From Octopus vulgaris (lineage: Eukaryota), in NCBI GenBank assembly GCA_951406725.2, contig OX597816.1, positions 57,350,001 through 57,413,988 on the forward strand: a stretch of DNA of 63,988 nucleotides, written 5' to 3'. This document shows positions 37,204 to 49,084 of this stretch, in pieces; position 1 is the stretch's first letter, and every line of letters starts with the position of its first letter. The translations under genes were made by a program, and so were the position numbers. The notes beneath the pieces are model-generated. The model did no database searches and was not told the DNA's origin. It was given only the letters and a program-made list of their open reading frames with translations.

Positions 37204-38079
37204 ACCTTTGACTTTATTTCCTTACAACAGCCCCCAAAATACGGGGTGGATGGAGGAACTCTCGTCCCCTTAAATTCCTTTAAAACTGAATCTAAACACT
37301 TTTTAGGTGACACTTGAAGCTTCAGTACGCATAAATGCTGGTAGTGCAACATCACACATACCAAACACACGTATATACACATACTCATACGTACAAATCT
37401 CTCTCTCTCTCTCTCTCATACATACATACATACATACATACATACATACATACACACACACTTATGGACACTATGATTCTCTCTCTTTTATTCTTCTCCT
37501 CCACCACCCTCTCTTTCATACCTCCCTCCCTTATCTCTCATTCTATCTTCTCTCTCATTAGTTTTAATTGACTACGCTCATCTTCCTCCACAACTCTTTA
37601 TTACGGTCCGAGTTTAATGACAACAGCCAGAAGACGGTGGGAGGGCACTGGTAGAAATAGCGGCGGCGCTGGTGATCATGGTGGTGGTAGTAGTTACTGC
37701 CGCCATTATATAATAATTGAGGTTGGAATATGTTGAGGTGATAGTGAAGTGGTAGCTAGGATGTCAATGTGGTAGTGATTGTAGAATTGGTGGCAGTGGT
37801 AGCGGTAGTGCTACTGAGCTGCTACATTAATCTGAAATTATTAGAATGTAGTAAGAAGTGTTAAGGTGATATTTGGATTGAGTAGGGATGCAGTTGGTTG
37901 TAGGGTTTGTTTGATTGTTCTCTGGTCCCTAATTAGTCACATATACGCACGCAAGTGCTGTTTACCCTATTCTTGGGTTTTCAAACGAATTCTAAAGAGA
38001 ATGCTACTCTATTAGCTTTGTCAGATCTGCCATTTTAACAAATTCATATTTTTACTCTTTTCTCTGTATTGAATACTTT

Positions 38080-38117
<38 letters not shown>

Positions 38118-39796
38118 CCTCGCACACATTCACTCATAGATAGTCAGACAAGCTGATTAAAAACGATGGTGGAAGATTAAAAGATGGTGAAAGGCTGTTA
38201 GTTGTAACGGAGTGGTAGCAGAGTAGGGTATTAGTTAAGGAAATGTCAGTTTATGTCATACTTTATTTTCGTTTTACAAATGCGTGTGTGAGAGAGAGTG
38301 AGTGAGTGAGAGAGAGAGATTTGAAGTGAAAGTATAGGAATGGAGGAGAAAGTAATATAAAATTTAAGAAATTTGAAAACTTAAAAGTCTCTTAACTGGT
38401 CGGAGGGCCTACTAAAAATAGCAGCCGAGTGTTTCTTAAATCATACTTCCAACGTACAAGATATATGGTAAGATATATGTATCCAGAGCAATGTAGTTCT
38501 GCATACATTATGCTCTTAAATATGAGGTGGTCATTAGTAAGAGCGTCTTTGAGCATTGGTGTAATCAAGAAAGCCTGAGTGGATAATTTGTAGGAAGGTA
38601 ATAACTGAAATTCGAGTTAAGAAAGGATATCGATTCATTACTTTAATATAATCCCACAAATGTTTGCACGTATCTGTAACTGTGTGGGCAAAAAGTTCCG
38701 CTCAGAACCACATGGTTCGAGGTTCATTACCACAATATATGACAAGCGTTTTCATACATAGCGATTATGAGTTGAGCTCCTTAAGATGAAAACTGTGAGG
38801 AGCCAGAGAGACAAAGAGAGTGGACTGTTCCTCTGTTTTAGGGGTAGATTTAATCTGTCTCCCAGTTCACCATCGTCACCTTGCTCTTTTCTGTCTTTAG
38901 GGGAGTCTTCAGAGGGGACCACTTCATTACAAGCTTTCGAGCCAACGATAACTTCGTCTTCCTGCCACCTGTTTCGGAGCTACTGCAAACAGTCGTCCCT
39001 GGTACCTTTCATGTCTGTTTGTGTGTAATGTGTTATAGTGGCTGTGCGAAGCCTAGTAGTTAGAGTTTTTGTACTCAGTCTGGCTTGGGAGTTCGATTCT
39101 TGATCAAGTCTGCACTGTGTATCCTTCACCAAGGCACATTATTGCACGTTGCTTCAGTCTATGTAACTGAAAAGAGTTCTAGCCTAATGAAGAGTTGTCG
39201 ACGAACGACCCTGAGGAGGTGAAAATGAAGTCGATTCTGTTGCATTTCGAACACCAAACTTGGAAACACGTAACTAAATCCAATAAGCACATTTAGTTGC
39301 GTGGTCTCTTGTTTTAAGTATTTCACCAACTTCAGACAAAGAGAAAACAAGGAAACTATTCTAATAAAAGCAGTGTTTTGTCTTCAACAAAGGCTGCAAT
39401 ATCTATGGTGTTTAGTTTATGGCTTTTTAAATGCGGTTTGACGTTTGGAATTTCAACTATTTCACTCAAAGGGGAATATTCTATTGAAAGAATGGCTTAT
39501 TTTTAAAAGAAGTGGGATGAAAAAATCTATCATTTGTTTCTTCTTTTGGTAGAAACTATTTAAACAGTTTAATAATTCATATTTCTATTGGAATATTTAC
39601 AAAGTCTGGGATTGTTTGTGTCAGATATTTATATCTTGTTTTCACTTATATCCTGCCGTTTAAACCACGTGAGCTTTTATCCATTACATATTTTGATGTG
39701 CTTCATAGAAACCTTTAGTAATTGTAGGAGGAGGAGGAAGACTAGTAGTAGTAGTGGACATTTAAAATATAGAGCAATGAATACAAAACGTGTATG

Positions 39797-39839
<43 letters not shown>

Positions 39840-40052
39840 ATGTAATTATAAGATCTAAAGATCTAAGTGTAGGAAGTTTGTAAGCTTCGAGAAATCCGTG
39901 GTAGGTTTAAAAAAACAACGTTCAGGAACAATAATTTATTGGCGTCGGAGGTTGTAGTAGACTTTTCCCGTATTGAAGTTCGATATGCTGAAAGAAAAAT
40001 TTGTCTTATAGTTAACGGTTAACAACTAGAGTTGCTATGAATGCGAATAAAA

Positions 40053-40306
40053 ATCTAAATTGAAGGAGAGGGGCAGATTAAAAATCCTGGCTACATATAT
40101 TTCCTCGCTAGCGGATCCTCTCATGTAATAATTACTCAACGAGGGGTACTCATCTTCGGCGACATGGGATTCCTTAACGACAATGTAACCTTCGACCTGA
40201 TGAGTAGCTGAGTGCTCTTCGTTCAGTAATTATTAGATCAGAGGATCTGCTAGCTAGGAAACATATGTAGCCAGGATTTTACCTGCTCCACTCCCTCAAT
40301 CTGGAT
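40053..40306. repeat. Long imperfect foldback (about 100-bp arms, about 56-nt loop)
   Basis: aaaatcctggctacatat..tttcct.gctagc.gatcctct...taataattact.aacgaggggtactca versus tgagtgctcttcgttcagtaattattagatcagaggatctgctagctaggaaacatatgtagccaggatttt. Confidence 0.88.
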
Positions 40307-40309
40307 AGA

Positions 40310-40485
40310 TCATTAGCTACTACACACATTTTTCTCTCCTTGTTTTTTTGTGTCCCTTTCTGTAGAAGAGCGTTGGCTCGAAACGTAAAAGACTTTTTCT
40401 ATTCCTGAGCGCTATACTAATACAACTGTTTGTTTGTACACCACCTGCCTTCGTCTTTTGTTTATTTTCGTAAACTTTCCCTTTA
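40310..40485 (+). mobile_element. Penelope-like pseudo-LTR fragment with a variant hammerhead motif (40356-40391)
   Basis: cttt-CTGTAGA-a-gagc-gttg-gctc-GAA-acgt-a-aaag. Ends in (TA)n. Confidence 0.55.
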
Positions 40486-40513
40486 TATATATATATATAT
40501 ATATATTGCGTGT

Positions 40514-40717
40514 GTGGAGGCGCGTGGCTAAGTGGTTAGGGTGTCAGCATCATGATCGTAAGATTGTGGTTTCGATTCCTGGACCGGGCGACGCGTTGTG
40601 TTCTTGACCAAAACACTTCATTTCACGTTGCTCCAGTCCACTCAGCTGGCAAAAATGAGTAACGCTGCGATGGACTGGCGTCCCGTCTAGCTGAGGAACA
40701 TATATGCCATTGAAACC
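40514..40717 (+). mobile_element. SINE family C-related
   Basis: gtggaggcgcgtggctaagtggttaggg...ggtttcgattcctggaccggg...gtccactcagctggcaaaaatgagt. Confidence 0.82.
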
Positions 40718-40873
40718 AGATGGTGGCGTGGATTTTCACCTCGGCATCCGAAACTCGGAGTTTTATCTAGGCTACCGAATAATTGTCACATATTACATTT
40801 ACAGATACATTCCTCTATTTACATAATATCGAGGTCTCTTTCTTTCTTTTGTTATCGCACCGATTTTATCAAG

Positions 40874-40936
<63 letters not shown>

Positions 40937-41040
40937 GTGTGTGTGTGTAAGAGAGAGAGAGAGAGAGAGAGAGATTATTTTGGTCTGGTCAATCTCTTGC
41001 TAACCTCGGTTTCATCCGTAGATGCACGGGCGAGTTATGA

Positions 41041-41088
41041 CTTGCCTGAAGACCCTGTGCACTCACAGGTGAAACTCAGAGTAGCAAG
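41041..41088 (+). ncRNA. Putative type I hammerhead ribozyme
   Basis: cttgc-CTGAAGA-c-cctgtg-cact-cacagg-t-GAA-actc-a-gagt-A-gcaag. All three stems and both boxes present, GUA triplet. The stem II closing position is a C.U mismatch. Confidence 0.75.
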
Positions 41089-41273
41089 ACACCGACTCGA
41101 CTAAAATATTCAATCCTTATTTTTCCAAGAGTTAACACTAGACGTGTATATACATACACGAGCCACGTGATAAGCCAGACTACACTTTGCATCGTTTTAG
41201 TTTTCTAGTGATGCTACCCCGCTGGCTAGGCGCGCCGGCCAACCCTGCTATTATTTCTTCAGTGATTGATGTA

Positions 41274-41304
<31 letters not shown>

Positions 41305-42467
41305 GAGGAAACTTTGAGACACCTGAGAATTCTTTACACATGGCTTTAAGTGTTTAATAAAAACGGTGCTTTTGTTTCTCACATTTCCCCCTGCTTCGTT
41401 CGGGAGCTTTGTGATCACGATATCCTCGTATTTCTCCCTCTATTTTTTTAACAAACGAGGTATTTATACAGATGTATTCTTTTACTATTTAATCAACAGA
41501 TGACAATGCGATGTAAAAATCTACCTGCTACATTACATTTTAAATGCTACAATACATAACCGTGTAAAACGCATCTAGTTTCTTTATGGCGCAGATGATT
41601 ATATCCGGTCCTTCAATGCGGATCACCTGGCCAAGTCTAAGCAGAAACCCAATCACCAAAGTCTAGCAGCCTTAGAAAGCAAGTGTTGCAGTTATAAGCA
41701 TTAATTTTATTTGGGTTAAGGATATTATGGTGACTTCACATTCCATCTGCGGAAAATCGGGTGACTTTTACAGACGATAATTTCCCTCAAATTAACTGTT
41801 CTAGATAACATTGAAAAGAAATGATGGCCACAGCTGGAACGCCTTAGATTGTATATCTGCTAGACCAAGACTGACTGGGGCCTAAATAACGAAAGCGCCC
41901 TTGAGGAAAGCATGAATATCCTGTACTCTAAACCCATGGATTAAGCCTTAACTAGAGGTATTAATGAATCGTCCTCATCAATTTCTCATTAACAAAATAC
42001 GTAAACGTCACGTCCACAATGACGTCAGTGTTTTTGTTTATTTATTGCTTTCTTTATAATTTTTATTTAGGGTTTTATTTCGATTTTATTTATATATTAT
42101 GGATTCATCATCCAGTATGTAGGGATGGCCATTTCTTTTCGCACAACTGGTACAAGAACAATAAGATAACGTTTATTAACAGCTGTAAACATTCACTGCT
42201 GGTTGACATGGCAGAATACACACAAAACGATACATCGACATTGAACTGTGGGGGTTTTATGAGGGGTTTCGCAAAGTGCACCTTCTTTTTATAATATTTC
42301 AATGTTGCTGCACTTCGGGAGGGTTATGTTGCCGAATAAAACACACGCACTGATTGTATTTCTCTTCAGTTTTAGCATCGGTAATTGTCATCGAGCAATG
42401 CCTCTCTATCTTTTAAGTTACTTCTCTTAATGTGGCATGGGAGGTTGATAGGAACATACTATTGTAT

Positions 42468-42501
<34 letters not shown>

Positions 42502-43736
42502 TGTGTGTGTGTGTGCGTGCGTGTTTGTGTGAGGATGTGTAGGTCTGAGCTTGCATGTGTCTCTGCTTTTGTGTCTGTGTGAAGAGATATGCATATGTCT
42601 ATATACGTAGCTATTTATGTGGATGTATATACCTCGATAATTGTGTGTATGTGTGTGTGTGTATTCAGGCATATTAAACCTCAGAAATTGTGTTTGCTTG
42701 TGTGCACACAAACACATACACACACACACAATGTCCGAGATATAATATGCTTGAATATAATACTATATCGTAATAAACTTATTCAGAGATAAGCACATTA
42801 ATTTTATTACGCAATTAGCTTTATTAATAATGTTACAAATGCATGGATGTTAATATTTGAATTTGTGCGTAATTGCCCTTTCCTCTCCATTCACCAATTC
42901 TATTTCGATTCACACCTCTTCATCCGCCTCCTTTCATCCCTCCCCCCCCTCTTTCTCTCTCTTTCTCTCTCTCTCAACACACACATTTGTATGTATGTGC
43001 ATGTTCATATACTTACATACGTGTATGTGTGAACGTCATTGTGTTCCTGCATATTCCTGTCCTACTGACGGAACAATGTGGCCACTGTGTTGTGTTCACT
43101 GTACAATTATAAAACGCATGTGTGCCCCATAGCTATTCATCTTCAGAACTCGTGTACTTTCAAGATCGTTGACTCAACGAGTGGGTGTTCCGGCATTCAT
43201 GCTATTCTCTCGTTTCATCATACACTTTTATGCGTGTATTTGGCCAGGCGATTGTTCATATACAGATGAGTGTATTTTATACACTCACCGCGCAACAGCA
43301 TTGTTGGTTTGTTTGTCTAACATAGTGGTTCGGCAATAAATAACCGATAAATCCAGATTTTAAAAAAAGTCTTAGGCTCGGTTTCATCGAATAAACTCTG
43401 CAGAACGGTGCTCCCAACATACCCGCGGTCAAATAATTGAAACAAGGAAAAGAACATGTGTTACTCTCTTTAATTGGCATCGAGTTCTTTGCTTGATATT
43501 CCAACTCAATATGTCTGAAATGTGTGTGTGTGTTTCTCTCCAAGGTAGCCATATTTCCTGTACGTAGTGTATTTTAGCTCTTTTTGGGTTTTTTTTTAAT
43601 CCTCGGGTATGAAATCATAGCACCGACTACCTGATCAGTCATTGAATACTCTCAGTGATTAAATAGCTCATTTAAATGGACTAAAATTGTCCTGTGTCGG
43701 CTTTGTTTGTGTGTGTATTTGTGTTTGTGTGTGATC

Positions 43737-44135
43737 AGGCGTGGCTGTGTGGTAAGAAAAGCTTGCTTCTCAACCACATGGTTGCGGGTTCAGTCCCACT
43801 GCGTGGCACCTTAGATAAGTGTCTTCTACTATAGCCTCGGGTCGACCAAAGCCTTGTGAGTGGATTTGATAGACGGAAACTGAAAGAAGCCCGTCGTAGA
43901 TATATATATATATATATATATTTGTGTGTGTCTGTTTGTCCTACCGCCATCGCTTGACAACCGATGCTGGTGTGTTTATATCCCCGTAAATTAGCGGTTC
44001 GAAAAATAGACCAATAGAATAAATATTAGGCTTACAAGGAATAAGTTCTGAGGTCGATTTCTTCTACTAACAACCTTTAAGGTGGTGCTCCAGTATGGCC
44101 GCAGTCAAATGACTGAAATAAGTAAAAGAATAAAA
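43737..44135 (+). mobile_element. SINE family A, full length
   Basis: aggcgtggctgtgtggtaagaaaagcttgc...gactgaaataagtaaaagaata. Confidence 0.9.
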
Positions 44136-44935
44136 AAATATAATTAATATTTTGGACTAATATTAGTGTGTTGAAGTGTTGAGTAAAGCACTGACACAGC
44201 TTAGGCTGCCTGGTGTCATCACTCGGGGTATATATTTCCGTTGTGTTTTCTCGTTACTTAATTGATAGAAATATATATACGGTATCCTGGTCTCATAGAC
44301 CAGTATTCTGATTTTTAAATGCATCTAACGATATGAACTGATCCTCAAAGTTTGCTTGGAGATAATGGCATGTTATATAAATCTGCCAATTTAATGTATC
44401 ATAAAGTATGAAACTATTAATTAGTAGCGCTTTTTGTAATTGAGTACATTAAATTATTTATATTTAATGAAGCTGCTTTTTTTTATGCATGTTTCATTAA
44501 TTACACGTGGTTATATTCAAGTTTTATATTTTATTTTAGATTTTTCTTATTAGTTTTGTTTTTTTACAGTTAGTTTGGAACAGTAAAATTCCTAAATTCA
44601 TAATCGACGTTTCCAGACCTTCACACTCTCACCTTCAAGAACCGAATAGATTTAGCATCTGTATTGTTTCTTGTACACTGGTTGAATTCGTGTAAGGTTT
44701 CTCCACCAGAAGTCCTTTGACTGCTAGATGCATGCATCAGCATTCACGTGTTAATTTATCGGTCGTGATCACATTTTGACAGCAGAAGGTAACAGAAAAA
44801 ACTTGTATTCAGCCCACCCGAAAGAAGATCATAATTTTTCAGATCTACTACAGAGGTCCATGTTCGCCGACCGATGTTGGTTTGACACGTTTCTAGAGAA
44901 AGCTCTTGGCATGGGGGTGGATGAGTTGTGTGTGT

Positions 44936-44985
<50 letters not shown>

Positions 44986-44986
<1 letters not shown>

Positions 44987-45180
44987 TCTTTTTTTCTCTT
45001 TTACTTGTTTCAGTCATTTGACTGTAGGCCATGCTGGAGCACCGCCTTTAGTCGAGCAAATCGACCCCGGGACTTATTCTTTGTAAGCCCAGTACTTATT
45101 CTATCGGTCTCTTTTGCCGAACCGCTAAGCGACGGGGACGTAAACACTCCAGAATCGGTTGTTAAGCAATGCTAGGGAGA

Positions 45181-45254
<74 letters not shown>

Positions 45255-45434
45255 CATAATAATATAGGATTAAATTAATTAATTTGGAATAATCATTAAT
45301 TTCACCAAGTAGATTTCGGCATGTAAAAGCCCCATTCAAGGAAGGTTTAAGTAATACTAAGTAATTAAGGGTTTAGCAACGATTTGCCTCACCACACACC
45401 GAATTTAGAAATAGCAGTCAAAAAGTTAACTTTT

Positions 45435-45499
<65 letters not shown>

Positions 45500-45743
45500 T
45501 ACGACAGGCTTCTTTCAGTTTCCGTCAACCAAATCCACTCACAAGGCATTGGTCGGCCCGGGGCTATAGCAGAAGACACTTGCCCAAGGAATCCAGCAAC
45601 AGGACCTCCGTAATGCTATGGTGGACCGTGAAGTCTGGCGCAACATGGTAAATTCCATTGTCTCGACCACGGTCGAACAATGATGAGGACTGAACCCGGA
45701 ACCATGTTGTTGGTTAGCAAGCTACTTGCCACACAGCCACTCC
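44986..45743 (-). mobile_element. SINE family A carrying two secondary insertions
   Basis: Consensus interrupted at about 45258-45440 (inside the microsatellite) and at 45590-45686. Confidence 0.85.
45590..45686 (+). mobile_element. Very short 3' end of an RTE-group LINE
   Basis: Translates IQQQDLRNAMVDREVWRNMVNSIVSTTVEQ** and ends in (tga)n. Confidence 0.7.
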
Positions 45744-45979
45744 TATATATATATATATGAAGAAAAGAAGGGTAAAGATACCGCTTGCTAAAAATGAATG
45801 CGAAAGCTTCACGAGCAATGTAATGAATATTTTTTTTAAATAGGATGGGATTTAAAGGTAGATTAATACATACCCCAATATCAATTGATTTCATGCTGTG
45901 CATGAGAAACATGCTTTGCAATCCTCAGTTGGAAATAGTATTTGACATCTATTTCTAAAATATTCATTACGTCAACTCG

Positions 45980-46424
45980 TGTGCGCATGGTTCTTGGTCT
46001 AAAGCATTTGTCTTATGAAGAAAGGCTGAAGACGCTCGACCTTTATTCTCTAGAAAAACGACCACGCCGTGGTGATCTCATTCTTGCTCACAACATCATA
46101 AGCGGAAAGTGTAACCTCTCGAAAGAGCTGTTCTTCACTCCTGCTCCAGAGCGTCGGCTGCGGGGTCATTCCGAAAAGCTCTATCTGTGACGATTTCATC
46201 TCAATCGAAGGAGAGGGGCTTTCTCCGTCCGGGTTGCGGATCCGTGGAATAAGCTGCCGGTCGAGATAGTGAAGATGCCGACGACCGCTCGGTTCAAAAT
46301 CTCCCTTGACCACAAGTGGCCTGAACTCTTTACATGAACACCACCCTGTACATAACTCCATGTCCCCCTACATGGCCTTGCTTTTTGCTTTTTGAGCCAA
46401 AAAATAAACCAACTAACTAACTTC
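45980..46424 (+). mobile_element. CR1-clade LINE 3' fragment
   Basis: RMVLGLKHLSYEERLKTLDLYSLEKRPRRGDLILAHNII...RLRGHSEKL*...FSVRVADPWNKLP...FKISLD, followed by a 3' UTR and an (aact)n tail. Confidence 0.92.
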
Positions 46425-46478
46425 AAATGTCCCGCTCCGTTTAAAGAGAAAAACTATCGTAAACAATAAAAAAGTAAC

Positions 46479-47102
46479 TATGTGAAGTATTATTACTGTT
46501 AAAAACAGTAAAAATGGGGTGGCTAGCAAGAATTCTACCTAAACAGGTATAATATATAATATTTGAAGAAAAGAAGGGTAAATGAAATTGATATTGGGGT
46601 ATGTATTAAACTACCTTCATATTCCATCCTGAAGGTAGGCCTATTTTTTTAAAATATTCATTACATTGTTTGTGTGTCTATCGTAGAATTGGTGTTTTTT
46701 TTTGTTTTGTTTTTTTAAGCTTTCGCTTTGATTTTTAGCAAGCGGTATCTTTACCCTTCTTTTCTTCAAACATTTTATATTATACCTATTTCTTTACTAC
46801 CCACAAGGGGCTAAACACAGATGGGACAAACAAGGACAGACAAACGGATTAAGTCGATTATATCGACCCCAGCGCGTAACTGGTACTTATTTAATCGACC
46901 CCGAAAGGATGAAAGGCAAAGTCGACCTCGGCGGAATTTGAACTCAGAACGTAGCGGCAGACGAAATACTGCTGAGCATTTCGCCCGGCGTGCTAACGTT
47001 TCTGCCAGCTCGCCGCCTTGATTTTATATTATACCTGTTTAGGCAGAAGTCTTGCTAGCCACCTCATTATTACCGTTTTTAACAGTAATAATACTTCACA
47101 TA
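46479..47102. mobile_element. Palindromic (foldback/MITE-like) element interrupted by a SINE
   Basis: 46479-46582 is the reverse complement of 46750-46787 joined to 47037-47102. Confidence 0.7.
46788..47020 (-). mobile_element. SINE family B, full length with TSD
   Basis: Flanked by the direct repeat attttatattatacct (46772-46787 and 47021-47036). Confidence 0.93.
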
Positions 47103-47341
47103 TTTACTTATATATAGTATATTTTTTGGATCATGGAAATAAGTTGAAGAGCATCTTTGGGATTTTGTAAGGGCCACATTAGGCCTAAAAATTCTGCATG
47201 CAATGAGAAAGTGGTGTCGTCACATAAAAACCTAACTGGTTAGAAGTACGCAGTTGGCGGCAACTGCACGTGGGCACCCTGTGATAATCGGTGGTGGTCT
47301 TCTTCGGACATGGATCAACAGCTATCGTATACGCCTGTTTA

Positions 47342-47383
<42 letters not shown>

Positions 47384-47984
47384 GGATTGAAACGAGAGTA
47401 ACATTCTAAGACAGAAAATGAAAAATGGGGAGAGAAGAGACGAAATGTACTTAATTTCAGTCTTATGCTGCTGTAAGAATGTATGTACGGAAGTGTCTGT
47501 GTATGTGTGTGTTCGAGAGTTAAGGGATGTTCTGAAATTACTTCAAATACAAGCATAGGCGAACATCTGTATCACTGTTTACTGGTTGCATACCCAAGAC
47601 TTTTTACACATTCCATCTGCAAATTATGGACTAAACAAACATCAATGTTTGTGTTTAGTAAACTACGAACATAGTCACTGTTAAATGAAATGGAAATTGT
47701 ATGTTTTTGAATTTCTTCGAATGAAGATACACAAATTATTTTTACAGGAAATGAGATTTCCCCCAAAGCTGCTGTTAGTTGCTAAATTTAATTCTCTACG
47801 TGTGTACAAGCAAGTATGGAAAGAATGAGATATCACTAGACCTGCCCTTTAATTGTCTGCTGCATACATATTCTTGTGGCAGCATGAAAAGTGAAATAGC
47901 AAAGAATCTGGTTCTTGTAATAATATATATATATATATATATACACATACAGGAAATACGTATATTTCATCGCTTTTGTTTCAG

Positions 47985-48036
47985 ATTTTCACTTTCAACA
48001 AGCAATAGCTGTGGAAATTCTACAACCTAATCTATG
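47985..48036 (+). CDS. Probable small coding exon of the MEGF6-like gene (end of signal peptide / linker)
   Basis: Acceptor cttttgtttcag, donor TG|gtacaa. Encodes (x)FHFQQAIAVEILQPNL(W). The phase-2 end joins the 50748 exon in frame. LQPNLWPNVC resembles the LQPGMPHVC segment I recall from vertebrate MEGF6. Confidence 0.55.
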
Positions 48037-48046
48037 GTACAAGACA

Positions 48047-48141
<95 letters not shown>

Positions 48142-49012
48142 GAGAGAGAGATAGATAGATAGATAGATAGATATACATACATACACACTCACATACACAC
48201 ACAACATACCCTATGTGTGTGTGTTTTCACTCGTGACGGCATGAAATCGTAGGAGTCATGTGATAAATGTCTTTCTGCTGGTGATCGAGAGAGAAATATA
48301 TTTATACTCAATGCTAATTGTTATGATTCTGCATTGCATTTAACTGAAAGAAGACATGTAATAATTGTGGTAAAAGCGACAAATTATCAGCTATGCTACA
48401 AAATGTCATCTTGGTTTTGCATCTCAATAACAAGCAATGGTAATACTCCTTATTGAGCCGACTTCGTTTGAGTGAATTCGTGTAGTTCACCATATACACC
48501 GACATATAACTTGCTATCTTTGATGGTTGGGACCCAGAAAACAACTGCTTTTAATAACTTCTGAGACCAACAAAAACACTATGTGGTCACTCGACTTACC
48601 AGAAATGCCAACTAAATCTCCATCGTATCACATTTCACCAATTTTAAAAAGGAGTGGAAATATTGGACAATGTAGCCGTAGATAAACTGGAACGTTAGTA
48701 GAACGATGTTCGATTTGACCACAAGCTATTGAGATACACTTCGATGTATGTATCTCTACAATTTCTTGTAAGCATCTCAGTTGTTACTAGAAATACACTC
48801 GACTTACTATTCTTTTCCTTCAATCATTTGTCATGAATGGTTGAGCACATTAAGTCAGCCATCAAGTAGTTTATCATTAAAGGACGTCTTTATATTCCTT
48901 CATAGTCTTTCATGTTTCTTTGTAGTTCTTTGTACTCCTGTAGACTTTTAGGAACTTTATAGTACTTAATACTCCTTTCTCTTTAAATACACACATTTGT
49001 ACACACACACGC

Positions 49013-49084
<72 letters not shown>

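Noticed and set aside
38900-39001. Possible exon (ctttag...ccctg|gtacct)
   Set aside because: Weak donor, unrecognisable peptides and no link to the MEGF6-like frame that I can support.
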